DNA of 52,376 bases from Frankiales bacterium (lineage in GTDB: Bacteria; Actinomycetota; Actinomycetes; Mycobacteriales; SCTD01), in the NCBI GenBank assembly GCA_025966005.1, contig JAOPVV010000173.1, forward strand, positions 1 to 52,376. The letters run 5' to 3'. Numbering within the stretch: position 1 is the stretch's first letter; each line of letters opens with the position of its first letter. The translations under genes were made by a program, and so were the position numbers. Below, piece after piece: positions 16,641-25,115 of this stretch. The notes under the pieces are model-generated. The model was not told the origin of the DNA. It made no database searches and worked only from the letters and a program-made list of their open reading frames with translations.

Positions 16641-17441
16641 TCAACCGGCGGACGCCGGTGCCGCTCGGCCCATCGCGGCGGCCATGCTGATCCAGGCGTC
16701 GAGGTCGGCGTGCTTGAGGGCGACGGTGTCGGCCACCGACGGGGGGACGAAGGTCTCGAAGGGGCCGTCACCCCTGAGCGCCTCCACGATGGCGTCGGCG
16801 GCCATCGACGGCGGGTGCTTCGTGCCGGCGTAGTGGGTGGGCTCGTCGTCCTTGACGCCCCAGATGGGGGTGTCGAACGGGCCGGGCGTGACCAGCCGGA
16901 CGGTGATCCCGGTGCCGGCGGTGTCGACCGCCAGGGCCTCCGCGAAGCCTGCCAGCGCGTACTTGCTCGAGACGTAGCTGACCTCGCTGGGCGCGCAGAT
17001 GCGACCGGCGACCGACCCGACCATCACCAGCGTCCCCGAGCCGCGCTCCAGCATCCGCGGCAGCAGGGCGAGGGACATGTGCGCCGGCGCCAGGAAGTTG
17101 ACCGTCATGTGCTCGTCGAGCTCGGCTGCCTGCAACCGCAGGGCGCTGCGCCGCCGGATGAGGGCCGCGTTGCTGACGAACGCGTCGACACCGCCGAAGG
17201 CGTCCCACGCCTGCCCGGCCACCCGCGTTGCGGCGGGCAGGTCGGCCAGGTCGACCGCCCAGCGCCGGCTGTCCGGTCCGGCGCCGGCCTGCACGGCCTG
17301 CTCCAGCACCTCGTCGAGCAGCTCGCCGCGACGTGCGACCAGCCCGACCGTGGCTCCGGCCCGGCCCAGCGCGACGGCCAGCGCCGCCCCGATCCCGGTC
17401 GAGGCGCCGGTCACCAGCACACGCGATCCTCGGACGTCCAT
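16641..17441 (-). CDS. Short-chain dehydrogenase/reductase (SDR)
   Basis: VTGASTGIGAA, YVSSKYAL. ATG 17441 is preceded by AAGGAGG. Confidence 0.9.
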   Translation of the reverse strand: MDVRGSRVLVTGASTGIGAALAVALGRAGATVGLVARRGELLDEVLEQAVQAGAGPDSRRWAVDLADLPAATRVAGQAWDAFGGVDAFVSNAALIRRRSALRLQAAELDEHMTVNFLAPAHMSLALLPRMLERGSGTLVMVGSVAGRICAPSEVSYVSSKYALAGFAEALAVDTAGTGITVRLVTPGPFDTPIWGVKDDEPTHYAGTKHPPSMAADAIVEALRGDGPFETFVPPSVADTVALKHADLDAWISMAAAMGRAAPASAG

Positions 17442-17530
17442 GCGGTCCTCCTTCGTCGGTCCCGGTCGCCCGGGTCAGGTCGTTCGACGTGCCTGCGCCG
17501 GGACGGACGAGCAGTCGCCCCGGCCGTGTG

Positions 17531-18526
17531 TCACGGCGCGGCGGGACTCCACCGGTTGCGCAGCCGGCCGAGGCCCTCGACCTCGAGCTCGACCACGTCG
17601 CCGGCCTGGGGGTACTTGCCGAGCTCCAGCCCGCAGCCGCCGCCGACCGTGCCGGTGCCGATCACGTCGCCCACCTGGAGCGTCTCGCCACGGCTGATGT
17701 AGGCGAGGATGCGCTCGACCGGGTGGTAGATGCTGTCGGTCGACCCCTCGCTCCACCGGACCCCGTTGACCGACGCCGTCATGGTGTGGGCCGCGTGCGG
17801 GTCCCACTCGTCGGGGGTGACCAGCACGGGCCCGAGGACGTTGCTGCCGTCGAGGTCCTTGGACTTGGCCGGACCGAGGCCGATCGACATCTCCCGGAAC
17901 TGCACGTCCCGCACGGAGACGTCGTTGAAGACCAGGTAGCCGGCGACGTGGTCCAGGACCTCCGCCTCCGACAGGTCCGCGCCGCACCGGCCGATCACCG
18001 CGGCGTACTCCAGCTCGTAGTCGCACTTCTCGGACCCGCTGGGGACGGGCACGTCGACGTCGGTGCCGATGACCGTGCGCGGGTTGCCCTTGTAGTAGGC
18101 CGGCATCTCGTACCAGCGCTTCGGGACGTTGCCCTTGGTGGCGGCCGCGACGTGCTGCTCGTAGGCGGAGCAGTCGCGCAACGACGCGGGACGGGGGAGC
18201 GGTGACAGCAGCCGCAGCCCGGACAGGTCGTGCACGAGGACCGTGCCCTCGTCGTCCGTGCTGCCCGCCTCGGCCCGGCGGTCCCCGAGCGCCTCGAGCG
18301 CCTCGTCGACGGCGTCGCGCCCGAGCGACCCGTTGCCCAGCAGCAGCAGCAGGTCTGCGGGCAGGACCTCCGCGGCGATCCGCGCCGCCCGCGACGGGTC
18401 GACCCGCCGGGACACGACCGCGCGGTACGCCAGGTTGAGGTCGACGACCGTGCCCTGCGGGGTCAGGGCGCCGACCCGCTCCTGCGGGCCGAGCGGGGTC
18501 GGCATCTGGAAGGTGACGTAGCGCAA
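17531..18526 (-). CDS. Fumarylacetoacetate hydrolase (FAH) family protein
   Basis: YYKGNPRTVIG.., DYELEYAAVIG, VFNDVSVRD, GDVIGTGTVGG. TTG start at 18526 follows GAGGAG. Confidence 0.85.
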   Translation of the reverse strand: MRYVTFQMPTPLGPQERVGALTPQGTVVDLNLAYRAVVSRRVDPSRAARIAAEVLPADLLLLLGNGSLGRDAVDEALEALGDRRAEAGSTDDEGTVLVHDLSGLRLLSPLPRPASLRDCSAYEQHVAAATKGNVPKRWYEMPAYYKGNPRTVIGTDVDVPVPSGSEKCDYELEYAAVIGRCGADLSEAEVLDHVAGYLVFNDVSVRDVQFREMSIGLGPAKSKDLDGSNVLGPVLVTPDEWDPHAAHTMTASVNGVRWSEGSTDSIYHPVERILAYISRGETLQVGDVIGTGTVGGGCGLELGKYPQAGDVVELEVEGLGRLRNRWSPAAP

Positions 18527-18587
18527 CGGTGCTCCTCGGTGGGCGTGGCTCGGTGGACGGCGTCAGGCGGAGTGCGTCGCGGCTCGC

Positions 18588-19652
18588 TCAGGCTCCTGGA
18601 GCCGTCGCGGCGAAGGCGCGCACGGTGGGGCCGAGCAGCTCCGGCGAGCTGCCGTGCACGATCATCTCGTCGGCTCCGGCGGCCTGCAGCGAGCGCAGGA
18701 CGGCCGCGCACTGCTCGTGGGTCCCGACCGCGGCGCCCTCGTCGAACCACTCGTCGGGGATCACCCGGCTGACCTCGACCAGCTGCTCGCCGTCGAGGGC
18801 CCCGTCGGCTGTGCGGCCCTCGAGCGCGGCGATCAGCGGGTGCGCCGCCACGGCCTCGAGCACGCGGGCGTCCCAGCCGTTGGCCTGCACGAGGCTCTCG
18901 CCCAGCTTGGGGGCGTTGAGGTAGGTGACCAGGCGCGCCCGGACGCGCAGATCGACCTCGTCCTGGGGCAGGTCGGCGGCGACGACGACCATGCCGTAGA
19001 GCCGCACCGCGCCCGGGTCGCGACCCGCGTCGGACGCCGCCTTGCGCACGGCGTCCGCGGACCGGCGGTGCCCCTCGGCCGTGAGGAAGGCGTGCAGCAG
19101 GACGCCGTCGAAGTGCTCACCGGCGAGCTTGAGCGCCTGCGGGCCGATGGCCGTGAGCAGGACGGGGGGCGGGGCGACGTCCGGCCGGTCCTTCAGGTAC
19201 AGCGACGGGAAGGTGCCGAGGGGCCCGTCGTAGGAGACCTCCTCGCCGGCCCAGAGCCGGCGCAGGATGCCCAACCCGTCGACGAGGACCGCGTTCGTGG
19301 CCGGCGGCAGCCCGTGCGCCTTCCACACCTGGGGGATCGAGCGCCCGATGCCGAGGACGAAGCGCTCGTCGCTCAGGGCCTGCAGGGTGATCGCGAGGGA
19401 CGCCAGCGCCAGCGGGTGCCGGCTCTGCATGTGCGTGGCCGCCGCGGTGATGGTGACCCGCTCCGTGGCCTGGGCGATGGCCCCGCCCACGGTCCCGAGG
19501 TCCTTGGTGCCGAGGCGCTCGGACAGGTAGACCGAGCCGAGCCCGACCTGCTCGCCGGCGACGGCCTGCTCGACCGCCAGCTTCGGTGACGATGCGCGCC
19601 CCGGCAGGACGTACGCACCGAGCTCGGGGGCGAGCACGGGGGCTGTAGGCAC
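18588..19652 (-). CDS. Luciferase-like monooxygenase (LLM) class oxidoreductase, possibly F420-dependent
   Basis: GSVYLSERLGTKD, RFVLGIGRS, and LLM-like length and pattern. GTG 19652 is preceded by GAGGAG. The 630-aa track ORF extension was rejected. Confidence 0.8.
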   Translation of the reverse strand: MPTAPVLAPELGAYVLPGRASSPKLAVEQAVAGEQVGLGSVYLSERLGTKDLGTVGGAIAQATERVTITAAATHMQSRHPLALASLAITLQALSDERFVLGIGRSIPQVWKAHGLPPATNAVLVDGLGILRRLWAGEEVSYDGPLGTFPSLYLKDRPDVAPPPVLLTAIGPQALKLAGEHFDGVLLHAFLTAEGHRRSADAVRKAASDAGRDPGAVRLYGMVVVAADLPQDEVDLRVRARLVTYLNAPKLGESLVQANGWDARVLEAVAAHPLIAALEGRTADGALDGEQLVEVSRVIPDEWFDEGAAVGTHEQCAAVLRSLQAAGADEMIVHGSSPELLGPTVRAFAATAPGA

Positions 19653-19679
19653 GGGGGCTCCTCGGCAGGGGATGACATG

Positions 19680-19699
19680 ACAGATAGTGCAGCAACCGT
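19680..19699. repeat. Copy 1 of a perfect 20-bp direct repeat, ACAGATAGTGCAGCAACCGT (operator-like)
   Basis: Identical 20-mer at 19741..19760. Lies 28 nt upstream of the LLM start (19652, minus strand). Confidence 0.8.
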
Positions 19700-19740
19700 G
19701 CCGTTCGTCAAAGTCTGGCCTTGTGCTGCCGGGCCCGAGG

Positions 19741-19760
19741 ACAGATAGTGCAGCAACCGT
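19741..19760. repeat. Copy 2 of a perfect 20-bp direct repeat, ACAGATAGTGCAGCAACCGT (operator-like)
   Basis: Identical to 19680..19699. Ends 31 nt upstream of the kinase GTG at 19792. Both copies are followed by a CCGTTCG segment. Confidence 0.8.
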
Positions 19761-19791
19761 ACTGACCGTTCGAGACCAGGAGGACGTCCGC

Positions 19792-20910
19792 GTGGGCGAG
19801 CACCAGCAGGCGCAGCAGGACCGGGGACGGTCCCTCGAGGCCTGGCTGGCACCGCAGCTCGGCGTGCCGTCGGTGACCGTCCCCGACTTGGCCAAGGCGA
19901 GTGTGGGCAACTCCAACGAGACGCTCCTGTTCACCGCGCAGTGGGACGGTGACCCGCCGGGGGAGGAGCGCCTCGTCGTCCGCGTGCAGCCGACGGGACG
20001 GACGCTGTTCCAGCGTCCGGACGCCGTCCGCGAGGCCGCGGTCCTGCAGCACGTCGGCCGCACGTCGGCCGTCCCCGTCCCGCACGTGGTCGGCGTCGAG
20101 CCGGACCCCTCGCTGCTCGGTGCCCCCTTCTTCGTGATGCGGCACGTGCAGGGCCGGGTCCTGGCGGACATCCCCAGCTGCCACGCGGCGGGCTGGCTGA
20201 CCGAGCTCACGCCGCAGGAGCGGGCCCGGCACTGGGACGAGGGCCTGCGGGCCCTGGTGGCGGTCAGCCGCGTCCCCCTGCCCGGGCTGGACGCCCTGAG
20301 TCCCCCGGCCGCGGGCCGGACGGCGCTGCAACAGCTGGTCGTCGAGACGCGGGAGTGGTTCGACTGGGCGGTCGGTGGCCGTGACGTCGGCGTGGTGGGC
20401 CGGGCGATGGACCACGTCGAGGCGACCATCCCCGCGCACGATGACAGTGCGCTGTCCTGGGGTGACGCCCGCGTCGGCAACCTGCTGTACGCCGCGGACG
20501 GCGCGGTGGCGGCCGTCCTGGACTGGGAGATGGCCGCGCTGGCGCCCGCGGAGGTGGACCTCGGCTGGTGGCTCGCGACCGACGAATTCTACAGCACCCG
20601 GCTCGGCGTCCCGCCGCTGGAGGGCGTCCCGGACACCGCGGCGACGGTGCGCAGGTGGGAGGAGCTGGCAGGGCGCAGGGCGCGGGAGCTCGGCTGGTAC
20701 CGGCTGCTGGCAGGGCTGCGCTTCTGCATCGTCCTGGTCCGCGCCCGCGACGCGAACGTGGCCAAGGGCGTGCTGGCCGACGACTCGGCGATGCACACCC
20801 ACAACCCCATGAGCCAGCAGCTGGCTTCGCTGCTCGGCGAGCCCGAGCCCGAGCTGGCCCCGGAGTTCGCGCACCTGCTCGCGAGCTACGCCCAGGAGCG
20901 GGGGAGGTAG
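19792..20910 (+). CDS. Phosphotransferase-family (APH-like) protein
   Basis: GTG 19792 follows CCAGGAGGAC. Motifs VGNSNETLLF, PFFVMRHVQG, WGDARVGNLLY, AVLDWE. Paralog of 7193..8305. Confidence 0.85.
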   Translation: MGEHQQAQQDRGRSLEAWLAPQLGVPSVTVPDLAKASVGNSNETLLFTAQWDGDPPGEERLVVRVQPTGRTLFQRPDAVREAAVLQHVGRTSAVPVPHVVGVEPDPSLLGAPFFVMRHVQGRVLADIPSCHAAGWLTELTPQERARHWDEGLRALVAVSRVPLPGLDALSPPAAGRTALQQLVVETREWFDWAVGGRDVGVVGRAMDHVEATIPAHDDSALSWGDARVGNLLYAADGAVAAVLDWEMAALAPAEVDLGWWLATDEFYSTRLGVPPLEGVPDTAATVRRWEELAGRRARELGWYRLLAGLRFCIVLVRARDANVAKGVLADDSAMHTHNPMSQQLASLLGEPEPELAPEFAHLLASYAQERGR

Positions 20911-20912
20911 CG

Positions 20913-21347
20913 GTGTCGCTGGAGGGCCTGGAGCTGCACCACGCCGCCGTGCGGATGAGCCCGGCCGCGGTCGACGAGACCCTGCACCTCTACCAGGACG
21001 TGCTGGGACTGCGCCCGGACCCCGGCACCCGTCGGATCCCCGGCATCCCCGGCACGTGGCTCGATGCGGACGACGACGCGCAGCTGCACCTGTTCGCGGT
21101 GGAGGGCACGTCGGAGTACGCCACGTCCCCGGAGCGGGACCCGTTCCGGCCGCACGTCGCCTTCGGCGTCCCGTCGATCGAGGCGGCGCTCGCGGAGCTG
21201 AGCCGGCTCGAGGTCGACCACTGGACGGCGGGCAGGGGCGAGCGCCGGCAGGCCTTCCTCTCGGACGCCTCCGGCAACATGGTCGAGCTGCACCAGACGG
21301 GCACCTGCCGCTGTCGCCGTCGCGACCGACCGGGGGCGCCGGCCTAG
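20913..21347 (+). CDS. VOC (glyoxalase/bleomycin-resistance/dioxygenase) family protein
   Basis: GTG 20913 lies 2 nt after the upstream stop and follows GGGGAGG. Motifs LHHAAVRM, HVAFGV, NMVELHQ. About 144 aa with a basic Cys/Arg tail. Confidence 0.75.
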   Translation: MSLEGLELHHAAVRMSPAAVDETLHLYQDVLGLRPDPGTRRIPGIPGTWLDADDDAQLHLFAVEGTSEYATSPERDPFRPHVAFGVPSIEAALAELSRLEVDHWTAGRGERRQAFLSDASGNMVELHQTGTCRCRRRDRPGAPA

Positions 21348-21364
21348 GAGCCAGGTCCCGATCA

Positions 21365-21410
21365 GGTCACAGTGTGACCGTCAACACAGAACAGTCTTGA
21401 CGGTTCCTGT
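21365..21410. promoter_or_regulatory. Nested palindromes including a perfect ACAG-N12-CTGT element
   Basis: GGTCACA-G-TGTGACC (21365-21379). CCGTCAA (21378-21384) pairs with TTGACGG (21397-21403). acagtcttgacggttcctgt sits at 21391-21410, 50 nt upstream of the TTG at 21461. Confidence 0.5.
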
Positions 21411-21460
21411 CGCACATGACTAGATGCAGGTCGACCACGGCGCCTGAGGAGGCGGTTTCC

Positions 21461-22540
21461 TTGTTGATCGATCTGCATGCGCATCAGTTGACGTTGGACA
21501 TGTTCAACCAGCACGAGAAGTGGGGTCCGTTCTGGGAGGACGGGTCGTTGCGGATCGGTGACTGGAAGCTGGGGAGCAAGCGGGATGCTCCGCCGTTGGA
21601 GAAGTTCATCGAGGACCGCTGGGCGCCGGAGCCGCGGTTGGCGGCGATCGACGCCGCGGGGATCGACAAGATGGTGGTGTCGATGCCGCTGCACATGGTG
21701 GGTTATCACTACGAGGTGGAGTTCGCGAAGCGGTTCGCTACGACGGTGAACGACTCGCTCGCGGAGTACTGCTCGCACAACCCCGATCGGAACTACTTCT
21801 GGGCGCATGCGCCGCTGCAGGACCCGGTGGCGGCGGCGGCGGAGCTGGAGCGGGCGGTGACGCAGCTGGGTGCGAAGGGCCTGATGATGGGCGGGCGGAA
21901 CTTCGGTGGTCGTGAGGTGTACGACCCGGCGTTCCGGCCGTTGTGGGAGAAGGTCTCGGAGCTCGGCTGCATGATTTTCGTGCACGGCTACAACCAGTCG
22001 GTGACCTGGGGCGACAGGGCGATGGAGGACCCGTTCGACACGACGTCGATCGTGGGGATGAACTCCGACGAGACGCTGTTCTACTGGTACCTGACCAACG
22101 GTGGGGTGCTGGACGACTTCCCGGACCTGAAGATCCTGATCACTCACGGTGGTGGGTTCACGCCCTTCCAGCTGGGTCGGTTCGCGATGACGAACAAGAC
22201 GATGGCGCCGGACAGCAAGAACAAGAAGGACCTGCTGGAGTACAACTCGAACTTCTTCTACGACCTGGACATCCACTCGCCGTACATGCGGCGGGCGATC
22301 ATCGATGAGGTCGGGGTGTCGCAGGTGCTGTACGGCGACAACTTCTCCGGTTCGGACGTGCACGAGGGTGACCTGACCGATGGTCTGGGTCTGAGCACGG
22401 CTGACCAGGAGGCGATCCGGTTCCGCAACGCACTCGGTCTGATGCAGTTCGACGACCTGGACGCCACGCACGGCGTCGGTGACCCGTCGCTGGCGCAGGA
22501 GCCCGGTCAGGGCACCGACGCCGTCGTCAAGGCCGGCTGA
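21461..22540 (+). CDS. Amidohydrolase-2 (ACMSD-like metal-dependent hydrolase/decarboxylase) family protein
   Basis: LLIDLHAH metal-binding N-terminus, ILITHGGG, and a late YGDNFSGSD segment. TTG 21461 follows GAGGAGG. Codon usage is visibly different from the neighbours. Confidence 0.8.
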   Translation: MLIDLHAHQLTLDMFNQHEKWGPFWEDGSLRIGDWKLGSKRDAPPLEKFIEDRWAPEPRLAAIDAAGIDKMVVSMPLHMVGYHYEVEFAKRFATTVNDSLAEYCSHNPDRNYFWAHAPLQDPVAAAAELERAVTQLGAKGLMMGGRNFGGREVYDPAFRPLWEKVSELGCMIFVHGYNQSVTWGDRAMEDPFDTTSIVGMNSDETLFYWYLTNGGVLDDFPDLKILITHGGGFTPFQLGRFAMTNKTMAPDSKNKKDLLEYNSNFFYDLDIHSPYMRRAIIDEVGVSQVLYGDNFSGSDVHEGDLTDGLGLSTADQEAIRFRNALGLMQFDDLDATHGVGDPSLAQEPGQGTDAVVKAG

Positions 22541-22604
22541 CCGTCTGTCGCCGAGCCGCCTCCGGGCGCGTCGCGGTGGAACCTCCACGAAGTCCCACAG
22601 CAGC

Positions 22605-22624
22605 ACAGATGTGACCACTACTGT
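22605..22624. promoter_or_regulatory. Perfect ACAG-N12-CTGT element
   Basis: acagatgtgaccactactgt lies 64 nt upstream of the ATG at 22689, in a locally lower-GC spacer. Confidence 0.45.
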
Positions 22625-22688
22625 CCCTCGTGGTGCACCACTCACCCCTTCGTACCCCACACCACTGAAGCCCTTCGAAAGGGAACGC

Positions 22689-23933
22689 ATGAAGCAGCAC
22701 TCTGCACGCACCGCGACCGTCGCCATCGGCCTGAGCCTGGGCCTGCTGATCGCCGGCTGCGGGGACGACGCCGACGAGGAGGCCGCGGTCCAGGGCAGCG
22801 ACTCGGGCACCGAGCTCACCGGCGACCCGATCAAGATCTTCACCATCCAGCAGATCACCGTCACCAACCAGGACGCGACCGACGAGGCGGCGGACGCCGT
22901 GAAGGCGTCCATCAAGCGCATCAACGCCAATGGCGGGATCAACGGCCGCCCCGTCGAGGTCGAGGTCTGCGACGACAAGTTCGCGCCGGCCGAGGGTGCG
23001 AACTGCGCCCGCAAGGCGGTGGAGGCCGGTGCTGTCGCGCTCGTCGGGACGACCACCCAGCAGGGCGGGACCATCTACCCCGTCCTGGAGAAGGCGGGCC
23101 TGTGCAACCTGGCGCCCCAGCCGATCAACGCCACGGACTACTCCAGCAAGGTCTCCTACCCGATCATCTCGGCGGGCCCGGTGAACGTCGCGGGGTACGC
23201 GTACGCCCTCAAGGCGGCGGGAGCGTCGAAGATCAACGTGGCGTACATCGACGTCGCGACAGCGGCGGGCGTCGTCCCCTTCATCGACATGGGCGCCAAG
23301 AACGCCGGCGGCCTCACCGTCGGTCAGAAGATCCCGATCCCGATCACCAACACCGACATCGCGCCGATCGTCGCCGCGGCGACGCGTGACGCCGACGGTG
23401 TCGCCCTCGTGGTGGCTCCCGCGCAGCTGCAGAACTTCGCACGCAGCCTGGCGCAGCAGGGCAGCGACGTGAAGATCGCTGCGAGCGCCGCCGACAACAA
23501 GCTCATCGACACGATCGGCGACGGCGCCGACAACCTCGTCGTGGCCGCGGCCTTCGCGCCGATCCAGTCCGACGCGCCGGGCATGGTGCAGTTCCGTGAG
23601 GACATGGAGAAGGAGAACCCGGACGCCGAGCTCAACGCCTTCTCCTACAACGGCTGGATGGGCGTCCACGTCCTCAAGGAGGTCATCGAGTCCCAGAACC
23701 TCGAGACCGTCGACAGCACCACCGTCTGCGACGCGCTGAGCAAGGCCAAGGACATCGACCTGCTCGGCACCGCGCCGAAGTGGTCCACGGACAAGCCCTT
23801 CCCGATCAAGGGCCTGGACCGCATCTTCGCGCCGTACATCCAGGTGCAGAACGTCGTGGACGGAGAGCTCAGGGTCCTGGACGAGAAGTTCATCAACCCG
23901 ATCGACCCGACCGACACGGCCCCGGCCGTCTAG
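22689..23933 (+). CDS. Lipoprotein, LivJ-type ABC substrate-binding protein (orphan)
   Basis: Lipobox LLIAGCG after MKQHSARTATVAIGLSLG. INGRPVEVEVCDDKF and the overall pattern fit a type-I binding protein. Paralog of 37766..38998. Confidence 0.85.
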   Translation: MKQHSARTATVAIGLSLGLLIAGCGDDADEEAAVQGSDSGTELTGDPIKIFTIQQITVTNQDATDEAADAVKASIKRINANGGINGRPVEVEVCDDKFAPAEGANCARKAVEAGAVALVGTTTQQGGTIYPVLEKAGLCNLAPQPINATDYSSKVSYPIISAGPVNVAGYAYALKAAGASKINVAYIDVATAAGVVPFIDMGAKNAGGLTVGQKIPIPITNTDIAPIVAAATRDADGVALVVAPAQLQNFARSLAQQGSDVKIAASAADNKLIDTIGDGADNLVVAAAFAPIQSDAPGMVQFREDMEKENPDAELNAFSYNGWMGVHVLKEVIESQNLETVDSTTVCDALSKAKDIDLLGTAPKWSTDKPFPIKGLDRIFAPYIQVQNVVDGELRVLDEKFINPIDPTDTAPAV

Positions 23934-23948
23934 CTCGCCGTCAGCAGG

Positions 23949-23984
23949 GGAGGGGCCGGGTCGCGCACAGCGCCCGGCCCCTCC
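23949..23984 (+). terminator. GC-rich hairpin after the binding-protein gene
   Basis: ggaggggccggg (23949-23960) pairs with cccggcccctcc (23973-23984), with a 12-nt loop. No T-tract. Confidence 0.45.
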
Positions 23985-24030
23985 TGCATCGTCCCGAGGT
24001 CCGTCCGGTTCCGGCAGCAATACACGTGGA

Positions 24031-24050
24031 ACAGAGACCGTCCTAGTGTT
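24031..24050. promoter_or_regulatory. ACAG-N12-TGTT operator-like element
   Basis: ggaACAGagaccgtcctagTGTTac lies 40 nt upstream of the dioxygenase ATG at 24091. Confidence 0.45.
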
Positions 24051-24090
24051 ACGGTCGGGTCAGCAGCAGCAGACGCACACGAGGAGAACC

Positions 24091-25020
24091 ATGGACATCA
24101 TCGGACTCGGCTACCTGGGTCTCGAGTCAGCGCACGCCTCCGACTGGTCCGAGTATGGCCCGCAGGTGCTGGGCCTCGGTCTGGCCCCGTCGGAGGACGA
24201 GGGCACCGTGCTGCTGCGCATGGACGAGCGGCACCACCGGATCGCGGTGCGCCAGGGGGAGCGGGAGCGGCTGTCCTACCTGGGCTGGCACCTGCGCAAC
24301 CGGATCGCGTTCGAGGCCGCGCTCACGGTGCTCGAGCGCGAGGGCATCGAGTACACCCTGGCCGGCCAGGAGCTCATCGACGAGCGCGGCGTCCACGCGA
24401 TGGCCTGGTTCATCGGCCCCGACCGCCAGCGCCACGAGCTGTTCTACGCGCAGTCGTTCAACCCGCACTCGTTCCTGCCCGGCCGACCGCACGCGGGCTT
24501 CATGGCCGGTGACGGGGGTCTGGGCCACGTCGTGCTGGCGGTGCCCGAGTGGACCGACGAGCTGGAGCACTTCGTCACCGACGTGATGCAGTTCAAGTGG
24601 TACGGCTCCGGGATGAGCACGGGCCGGCTCCGCTTCTACTCGCCCAAGCTCAACCTGCGCTCGCACAGCATCGGCTACGCCACGATGCCGGGCCTGCTCG
24701 GCCTGCAGCACATCGGGATCGAGGTCAAGGAGCTCGACGACGTGGGCATCGCCTACGACCTCGTGCAGGAGCGCGGCATCCAGCTGATGGCCACGCTGGG
24801 CCGGCACGCGCAGGACCCGGTGATCTCCTTCTACTCCTTCACCCCGTCCGGCTTCCCGGTCGAGTACATCTGGGACGGCGTGGAGGAGTCGCACGAGCGC
24901 CCCTTCACCGAGCAGCGCCCGCAGAAGTTGAGCGTGTGGGGCCACAAGTTCCAGAACGCCCCGCAGCCGTCCACCCTGTACGCCGCCGAGGAGGCCACCC
25001 AGACCGCTCCGGCGGGCTGA
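24091..25020 (+). CDS. Type I extradiol (catechol-cleaving) dioxygenase, BphC/HsaC-like
   Basis: ATG 24091 follows GAGGAGAAC. Two-domain VOC layout. Candidate Fe(II) ligands lie in GLGHVVLAV, GLQHIGIEV and FPVEYIW. Confidence 0.9.
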   Translation: MDIIGLGYLGLESAHASDWSEYGPQVLGLGLAPSEDEGTVLLRMDERHHRIAVRQGERERLSYLGWHLRNRIAFEAALTVLEREGIEYTLAGQELIDERGVHAMAWFIGPDRQRHELFYAQSFNPHSFLPGRPHAGFMAGDGGLGHVVLAVPEWTDELEHFVTDVMQFKWYGSGMSTGRLRFYSPKLNLRSHSIGYATMPGLLGLQHIGIEVKELDDVGIAYDLVQERGIQLMATLGRHAQDPVISFYSFTPSGFPVEYIWDGVEESHERPFTEQRPQKLSVWGHKFQNAPQPSTLYAAEEATQTAPAG

Positions 25021-25115
25021 GCCGGTCGGCGCCCGCCGGCGTCCCGGTGCGCGGCGTCGGGCGGGCCACGGTGGCCAGGAGCGGTCCAGGACCGTGCGAC
25101 CCCGGGAAGGCGGAC

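Noticed and set aside
19680-19760. Possible CRISPR array or mobile-element terminal repeat.
   Set aside because: There are only two copies, 61 bp apart, inside a divergent promoter. No further repeats, no cas genes and no transposase are present. An operator interpretation fits better.
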